DNA of 64,000 nucleotides from Nitrospirales bacterium (GTDB lineage Bacteria; Nitrospirota; Nitrospiria; Nitrospirales; UBA8639): NCBI GenBank assembly GCA_965203295.1, contig CBDBCZ010000018.1, positions 1,280,001 to 1,344,000 of the forward strand, read 5' to 3'. Shown piece by piece: positions 10,723 to 22,219 of this stretch (position 1 is its first letter; each line of letters starts with the position of its first letter). The notes under the pieces were generated by a model. It saw only the letters and a program-made list of their open reading frames with translations, ran no database searches and was not told where the DNA came from. The position numbers and the translations under genes were made by a program.

Positions 10723-12927
10723 CTAATTATCAGGAACTATCCTATTAACAGTTGCACCAACAACCGTAGGGAAGTCAGCCATAGACTTCCCCTCAAACGT
10801 GCATGTGTCTGGATTAGCTGTATGCTTCCAGTCTGCAGGTGCGGGGGACTCAGTTGTAACAAATGCTTCTGTTATTGGAGTTGGAATACCCGCTCCAAAA
10901 TTGAAAGGCCCAATGCGAAATCCTCGAGCAGCAACAAAGCGCGCTTCATATTTCTTGAACGTATCTGGGGATGTTTTCACTTTATACGAAATATGATATG
11001 CAGCTGTGAACCCACTTAGCATTACATTGAGCAGACCATTTTCGCCAAAGATGTCTGATCTCGTGAATGGTGGATTCCATGAATCACGCTCAGCAAGCGT
11101 ATGCAAGAAATCCGCTGAATACCAGTGAGGATCAGGCTGGACTGGCACTTTCGAGACAGCTCCAAATGTAATCGAAACTGAAATCTTGTCATTCGGGGCT
11201 ATATCAAGGCTCTCCCACTCATTACTGGCAGCAAAAACACCGAAAAATGCATCTTGACTTCTTGGAATGATCATCCTACTCATCGGAGCATACTCCGTGG
11301 ACAAATCGATTGTGAGATTCTGCACAACACCGTTAAACCCAACATCTTTCCCTGTATCGTACCTCTTTTCTTCCCTAGATGTACCATCTCCAGCCATTCT
11401 CTTCAGCTCAGAAATCCAATCCTTGCCATTAGCCACCACGTAATTGTCAGAGACTACTGTTCCCGCATTCGTCATCATCCTTACAAAGCCGGGCTTGTCT
11501 TCACTTGGACTGCTTGGTTTCTCACTCTCTGTCAGAGCTGATTGATACTCCGTAATCCAGTTGCCCTCAGAACCGATCTGTGGGGTAGTCATCAGCACAC
11601 TCCTATATTGGGGCAAGAAAGTATACTGACACTTTTCTACCGAAGTAGTACATAGACGCATGTTAGCTTTCATTGCAAAGAGTCTTCAATTCCCACCCAA
11701 AGTTCAGCAGAAGTTCCTAAATTGCCGATATTTCGACTAAGGTTATAGTGTAGTCAAAACGTCCGCTATTAAAGAACTTTTGCTGAACTTCGGGTTAGAA
11801 TTGTAGAGCACTTCATGATGAATTCTACGTACTAGCCAACAAAGTGAATATCTGTGTAATTGCATGTTAACTTTATTGTAGCGACATAATTATGATTAAT
11901 TTTATAAAACACAATGATGCACTTGATGAACCCCGTTTGATTCCCACATTGTGACTTGTATACTAACTGCTGTAATTTGAAACTATAGGGTAAGTTAAAA
12001 TTATTATTGTATTTTTTTGGTGGGAACAGCCATTTAATTTAGCAAAAAATGATGACTACAGTCACGCGATTAAGGAAACAGCTGCTTTATTACAGCTTAG
12101 TATAAGGAAATGTTATAAAAACACACAATAAGTAAACATGGCTACTAACAAAAAACTGTCACAGCATAGAGGAAATAGCCTCATGATTGCAATCATTTAT
12201 ACAGCAGCTTCCCATGGCACAGGAAGGAAACGTTATGAAAACACACATAAGGTAGCTGCGCCCTAGTAATTGTTGCACAGGCAGTAGGAAGCAAACTGCA
12301 TGACAATGGCCTACTATACACAAACATTTAAAACCACCCAGCAACCAAAACAACAAATTATTAAGGCATTCTTTTTTTTGCTCATGCAATTTTAAAATTC
12401 ACTGCATGGGGAATGAGCGCAAGCAAGCTATAATTGCATGTTAAACACTACCTACATGCAACCAAGCATTTACATCTTAGTATGCAACAATTAATTCTGT
12501 AATCAGCAGACGTCCAAATTCAGTAAATAAGCAAAGCCGTGTTACCGTATTATGAATAGATTACCAATCAACAGCTCCATATATCCCACTTGCTCTCATA
12601 CGTTTACTCGTTTACTCGTCACACGCGCAGAACACGAACACACATAACACACGCACTTTGCTATTACAATTCATACTCTTACCTGTACGTGCTGTATAAG
12701 TTCTTATCAGTAGATTCATATAGCGGCACCTCTCCACTGGGTTTCGAGGTAGGCATTCGGCTCAAAAACAGATAGGCATTTGGGTCGATGTATCCCAGAG
12801 CTGGCTCAGGCCACCACCAATCCAAGTACGGTTGTAGCAGACGGAAATCATCCTCTCTATGAAGCTTCAGTTTGCTCACGAGTTGGGTATACAACTGCAA
12901 GTACAGACTGTCGTCTTTATCACCCAT
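10723..12927 (-). CDS. Paralog C of the unknown family; two exons (12927-12683, 11602-10723), 374 aa
   Basis: ATG at 12927 (MGDKDDSLYLQLYTQLV). Donor AG|GTAAGA at 12682 and acceptor CCCCAATATAG| at 11603 splice in frame to ..LYSTYR/SVLMTTP.. Shares DWWW, KPGFV, FFGVF, WNPPF, FG..G and GFRIGPF with the 20.4 kb and 26.3 kb genes. Confidence 0.85.
11688..11808. repeat. Imperfect inverted repeat (MITE-like) inside the intron of paralog C
   Basis: caattcccacccaaagttcagcagaagttc ... gaacttttgctgaacttcgggttagaattg. Confidence 0.6.
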
Positions 12928-12978
12928 TTCGATTCGCTCCTTCACTGCAGCAGCATGAACCCTTGTGCGCAGATTTCA

Positions 12979-12988
12979 TTTAAATATA
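12979..12988 (-). promoter_or_regulatory. TATA box of paralog C
   Basis: TATATTTAAA on the minus strand, ~50 nt upstream of the ATG, in a CpG-rich patch. Confidence 0.55.
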
Positions 12989-13399
12989 CGGACTCGTACG
13001 GGCCATGCGCGGATACACGCAATTTTACGTACCACCTCTAGCGTCCGGAACTCGCCACTGAACAATAGGTTACAGTCTGTTTATCTCGTTGGCAGCCAAG
13101 GGCACAATTATGTGAACATATAAAATGAAGAGGAAAAAAACAACATGCACTTCTGTACATGTACTTTTAATGTAAAAAAAAAGAAGATTCACATAAAACT
13201 CCATGTTTATTGGTGAAAAAAATTGGGTGGGAAAGAGTATTAATTATTATTATTGCCAATTATTTGATCATGTAAACATAGCTGTTATATTATCTTTAAA
13301 TCTTTCATGTCTGAGCCCTACTGGGACATCACATACATGCTACACACAGTAACCACAACAATAATATTAATGGTGACAATCATAACCACAATAACAATA

Positions 13400-14335
13400 A
13401 CTGTTATGATCATAGGAGGTTAGGGTATGGGAGCGCTGGGGTCCAGCTACTTGGAGCGGGGTTTAGCTACTTAAGTCCATCCCAAAACATCTTTCCTCTT
13501 CCTCCACCACACCAGCAACTCCTTCAACAACCACCCGTCTACTATACATCCATCACATCTCTCCCCACTCCTTCAACCCTATTTTCTAACAACAACGCCA
13601 CCTTCTCTTCTTCACATCCCCTCTGTCATACGTATTCCTCACCCCAACTTTCTGCCCCTACTAAACTCTTAATCTTGCTAACTAACTTTCTCTTCTCTGC
13701 AGTAAATTCTCCACAATTCAATACAAAGTGCCCTAGCTACACCCTCTTCCACACCCCTATTACGCAACACACACCTCCCATCTACGCACATCTGACATGT
13801 GCATTTATCCTTAAACAACCCTGCAGAACCAGTTTTCAACCAAAAACCTTAAAAACCGTCTCTTGCCCTACCCATGACGCAATGTACTCCTCCACACCAA
13901 AAGTATCTTTCACTGCTCTATACGATCTCAAGCTGCTCATTCTTCCTTCCACTCATTCCCGTTTTGCTCTCTCACTCCCCTCTTCCACTCTGCTTCAGAC
14001 CCAGCTTGCCCTTCATCTTCCTGTTCCAGCCCATACTTCCTCCTCAGCACTTCATACTCCTCCCTCCTGCCCACTCCACGAGCTTCTTTCAAATTTTCTA
14101 CAATCCACTTTACCAGTCTCTCTTTATTGTGTTCCTCCATCCTCCTACCAAACAGAACCTTCTTCTCTTCCCTCCTCTTCCAACCTTCTCCACCCAAGAT
14201 CGCATCGCACTGCAACCCCTTGCTTGCATCCAGTAACTTCCTACTTATTCTGTCCTGCAATTTCCTCTTTCAAAGGGAGTGATGGCCATTTACAACCACC
14301 TCCTGCATCATTTTAACAAGAAAACCACGTAACCA
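13400..14335 (-). mobile_element. Degenerate 3' fragment of a non-LTR retrotransposon (LINE) ORF2
   Basis: Purine-rich minus strand. The frameshifted translation contains WK..V...EWKEE and LKTGSAGLF.DK..C.MC.D.RC.L, typical of LINE ORF2 C-terminal Cys regions. Confidence 0.6.
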
Positions 14336-14426
14336 GCTTAACTGAAATCATACGTAAGTACCACTGTGCTAAGCCTTAGCACAGTGGTACGTACGTATGA
14401 TTTCAGTTATATCAGCTACCTTTCCC

Positions 14427-14480
<54 letters not shown>

Positions 14481-17082
14481 TTCGTTAGTACCATAGCTAG
14501 ATATCAGATCAAGTTTACCTGGTAAATAATACCCGGCTTAATGATAGCATCAGAATATTTAATTGTATACCTTCCTTGAGGTATTTTTGAGTGGACAGGT
14601 CACAATCCACCTACTCAGACATGCAGCCATATACTTTTCATCTCGTATTTCTAAATGTAAAGAGCCCTATAATGTATAGTTTATGGCTGTGCCCATAATG
14701 AGCAGGGGTAATTGACCAGATGTGAAGTTGCAGTGCACTGGTAGTGATTGAGAATGTACCGAGTAGTCTTGACTACTCTGGAAGCTACACAGTAGCGGGG
14801 ATTCTATAGTAACCCATATCAATAGAGTGTAGTTGCCAGTCCTACCACATTACAAATAAGGGACAAAGGTAGCTACTTCTTTGTTGTTTGGTTCGTCGGT
14901 AGAATGTGAATAAACTAAGTCTCAGGGCTACAACTGACTAGCTGTTGGGAGGAAAAACTTTCTCGATTACATATTAATCCACCTTACAGTGTCTGATGTT
15001 GGTGAGTGGAAAAGCATTATTTACTGACATGCATTTTAGGCATTGCATGGCCTCCTACAGGAGCCGAATGAGATAAATAGTATGATCTTATGATTGCATG
15101 ATCTTACGCTCTATTGCATGATTTTATGGTTGACTGTCAAAATTTCCACGTTTGATGGCTACCCAGCTAATTAGATATCTATTGCGCACACCCCCATGAT
15201 TCAAAAAGTGGCCTGTTTATTACAGTGGTACTTCACTGACCTTCGAATCTACGTAACTCTCCTCATGAATAATTGATCAGAGGACATCACTTATGCGGCA
15301 ATAATTCAATTCATTGATATGTTTCTGTTTTTCCCTGGCAGCAACCGGAATCAACAGGAGGGGTGTGTCACTTCGATGTGGGTAGCGTCTCTTTCATGTG
15401 TAATATGAGCACTTTGATGTGGTTGAGCGGTACTCTGTTGTTGAATTTTAACACTGGGGTGGGTGGAGCTCTAGCAGATCTGATAATTTTACATTTTAGC
15501 AAAACCTGAAATTGTTTATTTAACAGGGGTGTGGTTAGATGCCTAATTTTCTTCCATTTGGTGTAGACTCTCATGATGTCAACAAAGCCATCCATATGAT
15601 TTGGGAATTCGAAGACACGGGATGTACTCCCTTAAGCAATCCGATATCACTGGATGCTGGTAGTGAACCCATCAGTTCCAGCTTTTTTTTCGCTTGCAGG
15701 AAGCAACTGGGATGGCTGGGTTATTGGAGTGATTGCCTCATAGCAAAATTTGATACTAACAATATTTAATTATGGCTATCAAATATACATTTCCGGGTTT
15801 GACATTTTAAGAGCTAAGAAAACTAGAATTTCACTCCTTAGCTATGGAAGGGTTCTATTGTGAAGGCATACTACTGTAGGAATGCATGAGCTATTTGGTG
15901 GTGAGTGTCCGAAGGGGGTACTCAATTCAACTTGAATTTTTGAGAAATTACAGCTGACAACAAACCACTGGTCATCTGACTATTCTTTGGTGCTGTGTGC
16001 ACGGAACTTGATTCTAAATTATCCCTACTCATGTTCTTTTGGGGTTCAACAAATCTCCCACCACCCCAAAAGGAAAAAAAATAGAAAGGTTTGACAATTA
16101 ACACCCTGGGCTGCACTTGCCCCCAAATGTTGTGTCTCTTCATCCATTTTCATGACGACAAGATCTAGAGAACTTCTTCGGGGATGTCTATCTCTAATTT
16201 AAGTCGGATTGCTGAATTGACGGAGTTTCCCGTTCTTAAGTTTAATGAGTAGTTGTTGCTATTTTATGTGCAAAGCCATATAAAATAATTAGGGTACAGT
16301 TTTACCATTCTTCGCCCTATAACTATAGCCTTTTATAGCTGTGCACATTAATTAAATATTCAGTTTTTGGCAAGAGTGGTAAATTAAGGAACGGGGATCT
16401 GTTGACTTGACTTGCTGTTTCTTTACCGGTAATCCTCTCACACTGAATTAGAAGACTAGGGCATCTATGCATGTACATTGAAAGCATTCAGCCTGGTAGA
16501 ATTATTTTCTCAGTTGGTATTCAGAAAACGTGCACCACATTATGCATCGCGTGTTTCAATTATGGCATAAAGTGGTGCACATATGCAACAGACAACAAGG
16601 TTAACCCTAAACCTTCATGAATTATTCATAAAGTGTGCAGCACACTGAGCACATTTCCATAAAGCATCCTTACAAAGGCGCAAGTAAATGTTGGATCTCT
16701 TTCTACAAAGGGTTGTTTGGTAAGGTTTCGCATTTAGTTTTAGTATTAAGTAACCCTTTTACCAACCATAAGAAAGAACAGAAAAGGCTGCTCAAGTATT
16801 AACGACAAAATTAGTTAACCCTTCCAACAATACCTTGCCCTTCGATCTTAGTGATTATAGATAGCATTCCAAAGTATTCATACCTGTCTGAGGTCACTAA
16901 CCAGTTTAGACTATGATTTACCATCTCAATTTCACTGCTTACAAATATTTTTTTTTGGATGAGGAGTCTTATTGACCTTAATGACCTCATTAAATTCAAA
17001 AGATCCAAGCATAGTATGCATAACATAGTTAACAAATTATTATAAACCACAAAGGCTCTTTGGGATTAGCTAACTATTATTT

Positions 17083-17157
<75 letters not shown>

Positions 17158-17869
17158 TTATAACTAGCTACTTGTAATGTCAGCAGGCATATATGCAGTT
17201 ACAGAGATGTAGCGACAGTCTGCAGGATTCAAGAAGGGTAGGAAGAGATGTCACAGACTGGAGTATGCAGAAGGCAGTCTCGGATCAAGATAGCTTGCAG
17301 TATGTATACGATCAATATTGCTCACTCAGTCACAAGCTATAATTCTGTGCAGTATAATATGTAGAATCTAGAATAACATGCCGGGTCACTAATACACTAT
17401 GTAAAGCTCCAAATGAAATGACATGTCTTTACTTGAATTAGTTTTCTTGGGTGGAGTTAGGAACACGTTGGCAAACAATTAAGATATAGCTACAAATGAG
17501 CCTTTCTTTCTATATGAAATTGCAATCGCGTGTCAAATGATCCTCTTCTTAAACCTAATATAGCTAATATAAATATTGCTAGCTACAGTTCGAAGGCTGA
17601 AAAAAATACTAAGGTTTGTCTTATACCAGCTAGGCTGTATATATTGCTATGTGTCCTTAAAAACACATTGAGGAAAGTATGAAGTAAAATTTGTGAATGA
17701 AGCAGAATTCTTCAGCGATTTCTGCTGCTGCCACAGACTACTTTATCTCTTGGCTTCTTTCGACCACAGCAATTATAACTCAGTATGATTATAATAGCTA
17801 AGTGCAACAGCTTCTAGCTCAAGAAAAGGTTACACACGAACAGCATCACGACACACCCACACTACAAAC

Positions 17870-18010
17870 ACTTTGCGAAGATAAGTGTAGTGAGAGTGTA
17901 AAGAAATCTGGGGGGGAGAATGGGACCCAGCTGGGGATTGAACCATGGACCTTCCGATTAGCTACTTGTCAAATGTTCTTACCACTGAGCTTCTACATGG
18001 AACCCCTTGG
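17870..18010 (-). mobile_element. Degenerate copy of the tRNA-Thr-like dispersed repeat
   Basis: gggacccagctggggattgaacc..ctcttaccactgagc matches 43100-43180. Confidence 0.7.
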
Positions 18011-19004
18011 ATAACAATGATTAGTCTTGTGACCAGATCCTCTCCTACCCACATAGCAGGTAGCTATCCCAGTGAAAGAAACAAGATGTCATCTGCCAGA
18101 TAACTTTAGGTGGAAGAGTTCATTGACAAGCAGTTGGAATGCTGCCTTAGGTGATGCTCTTATAGGTGTGGACTAGTCTGAGAGAAAGTGGTTGTGGGAT
18201 GTGACTAGGCTCAAAAGCTAATATTGTAGCTAGCTATACACGTGGCCTTGTTCATGGCGTGTTTATGACTTTATTTAACTGCAGATAGTATGCACTTCGT
18301 TAGAAAGCAATATATAATTCCTTTTATTGTCCTATTTGAAGGGATACACTGTACCGAATGTGCTCTTGACTAAGCTTACATGTATAGCTATGCGTATAGT
18401 TTATTTCTTCCCGAGACATTCAAAACAACATAGCTAAATAATTGCAGATGAAATAACAACGATACTGTACAAATTATGTACAGTGACTGAAATCCATTCT
18501 TGTGGGCTAGTATATGCACGGACTGTATTTCAGTCAGTGTTGCATTGTCTATAGAAGCTGTTCCAACAGTGAATTGACTAGCTAGCTATTATATTAGTTC
18601 GTTTTTTTTTTTGGCTCCACACTTGTTAATTTCCTTCTGCATATATACCTTCCACTCAAACACTTCCACCTTTTAAATTAGTTATCCGATTGAGGTTACC
18701 GATTCAGGTTACCAGTCCCTCTCTTCCATCTTTCGTTGGGGTTTGTGAGGAGGATGGTCTGGACACGAGACTAACTAGACCAAATGTGTCTACCGGTATG
18801 CCACTTCAACATGAGATTTTTGCTCGTACATGCTCCGCTGTCCACTGATGCTAGAGGGTATATTATTCTCTGTGTGTCTCCATTGTCTGCATCCTGTCTG
18901 CTCCTTAATTTTGTACTGCCTCTTTCGTTGTCTAAAAAATCCTTCCTCGAACAGTGAGCTTGCCTTGACAATGAGATCCAATACCCAGTATACAGTGGCA
19001 CTTG

Positions 19005-19552
19005 TCAGAAGTATCTCCTTATTGCCAGGACTCACCACTTTGTCCCTGTAGCCATTGAAACTTCGGGTGCCTTTGGCTCTGCTGCCCTGGAACTCTTCAC
19101 TGACATCGCTAGACGCATTCGATTCGCCACCCTGGAGGTCAATGCACGACCCTACCTAATCCATCGAATATCCGTGGCTCTCCAGCAGGGCAATGCTGCT
19201 GCAATTCTGGGCACTTCACGTGTCGACACATTGTTTTGACTTTTGTTCTTAATCATTATTATTTCTGTGTGTGTTTGTAATTTAGTTAATATTCAATTAT
19301 TGTATTTCATTTTTGCTTAGTTCTTTTAATTAATTTTATTTATTTTTAATGTATTTTTGTTTTGCTTAGCTGTTCTATATTGTATTGCCTTGCATTGCCT
19401 TTGTCTTGCCTGTAATTTGCCTATTGCGTTGTGTATTGTAGTTCACCTTTAACTGACAGAGGTACAATATGCTACTTATATGTTACGTATGTAAGTACAT
19501 ACCTACATACCTACGTACATGTGTATATGACGATTATCATGTACAAAAAAAA
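19005..19552 (+). mobile_element. 5'-truncated restriction-like-endonuclease (CRE-type) non-LTR retrotransposon
   Basis: Manual translation HHFVPVAIETSGAFGSAALELFTDIARRI...YLIHRISVALQQGNAAAILGT (stop 19237-19239), followed by a T-rich 3' UTR and an A-run at ~19545. Confidence 0.75.
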
Positions 19553-19765
19553 TATCCAATTACTGTTCAGTAGACCTTCAAACCACAGCAGATCATTGTG
19601 GATGTCAATTAATTCATCCAGGCAGACACCAAGACATTCCCTTGCTTACTGTTTTTATCATGGCACTTCCTTCCTCTGATTATAACCTGTGATACTAATA
19701 TTATTATAAATCTTGTCTATACATCATAAAGGTGCTCTTTTTATTAGCTACTTACAGCTATTACC

Positions 19766-19846
19766 TAGCCTCGTTCCCAGGCTGCACTCCCCCGCTTTTA
19801 TACACTGTGCAATGAAGCTGGGGAGTGGAGCCTGGGAACTAGGCTA
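19766..19846. mobile_element. MITE with TAGCCTCGTTCCCAGGC TIRs and a 9-bp TSD (Mutator-like)
   Basis: TSD gctattacc at 19757-19765 and 19847-19855. Confidence 0.85.
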
Positions 19847-20413
19847 GCTATTACCTGCTATTATCAATTTATTTGTACTTACACTATATTACTTCATATT
19901 ATATTGCATTATGATTTTTCTGTTGTCATTTTTACTGTTGTTGTGCATTTTTAATGGTCAGAATTGATACAATCATGTATTTTTTTTTTTTAAATTGTAC
20001 TGCAAGTCAATGACACTGATAGGAACTGGCTGCATGGTATGTACATGGAGGGAACGATGAACGGCGGAACCGGAAGCGGAAAAACACACCCCCTGGAGGA
20101 CTAACTGCAAAATGAACTCCCTCCAAGGGGCGTGTCAGTTAACTTCCGCCATTTAACATTCCTTCGCACGAAGCCATGCCCCACCTACCAGAAGCTGGAT
20201 CCCGGAAGCGCATACGGCGACAACACGTTATAATGAGAGAACATGATAGCATGATAATTCAGAGAACATGATAATTACGTTTAACTTTATAAAATGGTAT
20301 TTTTATATTGATTGTGACAAATTAAGCACAAATGAGCTACAAATACATGAACGGAACTAAAGACAGCTTTACCTATTCTAAGAGTCCGAATTCTACGTGG
20401 AGATTTCTATTCA

Positions 20414-21676
20414 CTACACCCCTCCTGGGTTTGCAACAACAATTCCCAATATCGAGGGATAAGTGGCACTGGACTCAACGTGAAATTTCTTATTATCCGA
20501 ATTCTTCTTGAGCTCCTTTTCTGCTTGACTACCAAAGCCACCAATTTGAAACGGGCCAATGCGTATCCCAGTAGAGGCATCGAAATGCTCCTTGTATTTA
20601 CTGTAGGTAGCCTCGCTCATCGTTATATCAATGCTCGGCTGCATTACTCCGACAATGCCAGTTAGCATCAGAGGAAACACGCCACCCTTGCCGAAAACGG
20701 GTTGCGCGCCACTCGTAGAGTAAGGCGGATTCCAATTATTGTCCTTGGCTAACTTCTTCAGCAAGGCAGCGTCGAACCACTTCGGGTCGGGCCCAACTTC
20801 AAACAAGTTGTAGGCTTTGAGCGTAATGGCTACTTCAACGGATTTGTCGTACTGTGCCAAGCTGATCCTCGACCAACCCCCGCCGCTATAAAACGAGAAA
20901 AAGCCCGATTCCAAGCCTGTGCTCCCTCCAGCCCAAGATTTCTCAAGCGCACTCGAAGACGCCGAAGCGGAAACGTTGATTTTTAGGCTTTCTCCACCCC
21001 GGAGAGCTACTTTGCCCGCCCACTCTCCAGGATCCGGAAAGGTGTAGTTCGGTCGTGCCACGGTCGAGCCTCCGACAAAAGCTTTTACAAAGCCCGGCTT
21101 GGGAGTGTTGGGGTCAGTCGGTGGAGTAGCGGCATCAATAGCTTGCTTGAGCCCCGCGTTTTTTTCACCGATGGCCTTAGACAGCGCATCCAAGGCCTCC
21201 TGGTACGCTGCTCTGTCTTGCTCGAAGACAGTCTTCCAGTTCGCATCAATCCACGTGTCGTACGCTTCCGGCTCTTTACCATCCGCCAGCGCCAACGCTC
21301 TGTATTGGCTGTAATTCGAATTGGCCATCAGGGTGTCCGACTCAAGCTTGTTCTGTGCACGCGTCACATCTTCGTTCGCTTGTCTTATTTTGTCATCGAT
21401 AACACCCGTTCCTGCCGCGTTCACCAAAGTCAGTACTTGAAGGTACACCTGGTGCATGTCTGATGCGCTGGGTACGTACGCACCTACAGCGCTCCATGTC
21501 GGCACCTGCCCGACGAATCTATAGACTTCGGGCTGAATGAACCCGTAGGAAGCCGGCTGCCACGTCCAATCCTCCATCGGATTGACTAGCTGGAAAAGCT
21601 TTCCAGAGCCAGCTAGTGCTTTCCCCACTATTTGCTCGTACACTTGCCCGTAGAGGTTCACTGTTGGATCCGACAT
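20414..21676 (-). CDS. Paralog A of the unknown family; intronless, 420 aa; candidate beta-pore-forming protein
   Basis: Clean single ORF, CpG-rich against an AT-rich background, collinear with 26260-27531 over its full length; no Cys, no signal peptide. Confidence 0.92.
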   Translation of the reverse strand: MSDPTVNLYGQVYEQIVGKALAGSGKLFQLVNPMEDWTWQPASYGFIQPEVYRFVGQVPTWSAVGAYVPSASDMHQVYLQVLTLVNAAGTGVIDDKIRQANEDVTRAQNKLESDTLMANSNYSQYRALALADGKEPEAYDTWIDANWKTVFEQDRAAYQEALDALSKAIGEKNAGLKQAIDAATPPTDPNTPKPGFVKAFVGGSTVARPNYTFPDPGEWAGKVALRGGESLKINVSASASSSALEKSWAGGSTGLESGFFSFYSGGGWSRISLAQYDKSVEVAITLKAYNLFEVGPDPKWFDAALLKKLAKDNNWNPPYSTSGAQPVFGKGGVFPLMLTGIVGVMQPSIDITMSEATYSKYKEHFDASTGIRIGPFQIGGFGSQAEKELKKNSDNKKFHVESSATYPSILGIVVANPGGV

Positions 21677-21780
21677 GGTGAGCGATTGTCAGCGTCTGTG
21701 CAAAATAGATACTGCGAAAACAAACTCACTGGCAAAGTCTTCAGAGCAAGACTGTGAGGGTGTCGATCAGCCCATTTTAA

Positions 21781-21786
21781 TTTATA
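21781..21786 (-). promoter_or_regulatory. TATA box of paralog A
   Basis: TATAAA on the minus strand 105 nt upstream of the ATG; same spacing as paralog B. Confidence 0.65.
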
Positions 21787-22141
21787 CTCACCTGACAGCT
21801 GTTTGGCCACGCCTCTGTGAGATGACTTGTGTGATTGATTCCGAACGGATTCAAAACGTCGGGACTCGGAAGGGCTGATCCAAGGTAATACTGCGTGGGT
21901 GGTTCGAACTATTAAATATTAAACTGGCATTTACAATAGCTACAGAGTATTAGCGCAGCTACAGTGGAACCCCTCTATTGTGGACACCTCGGGGACCTGG
22001 TGAAGTGCGTGTCCTGTACATGTATAGACTTTACTGCAGAAATAAATGTCTAGCATAAGTGTTATTTGAGACATAGCTAGGCGAGGTGTCTATATTTTAG
22101 GGTATCCTTAGTAAGAAGTTAATATTATGTTATAGCTATAT

Positions 22142-22219
22142 AAAGGTCAGTTTGGGTGAGGGGAATTTAAAGTTTGAGGCAAAGCCGAGGATTTTAACCC
22201 CTCACCTTTAACTGATTTA
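22142..22219. repeat. Palindromic element with a GAGGC-NAA-GCCGAG centre
   Basis: ggtcagtttgggtgagggg..tgaggcaaagccgagg..cccctcacctttaactga. Confidence 0.6.

Noticed and set aside
11603..11673. N-terminus MKANMRLCTTSVEKCQYTFLPQY of the 316-aa ORF
   Set aside because: Intronic; homology with A/B continues in the upstream exon through a canonical splice.
13675..14316. 213-aa plus-strand Ser/Pro/Leu-rich ORF
   Set aside because: Antisense of the purine-rich LINE fragment.
14520..17050. Possible decayed coding sequence on the minus strand
   Set aside because: Many stops in all frames and no motif I can assign; perhaps an old transposon, but unsupported.
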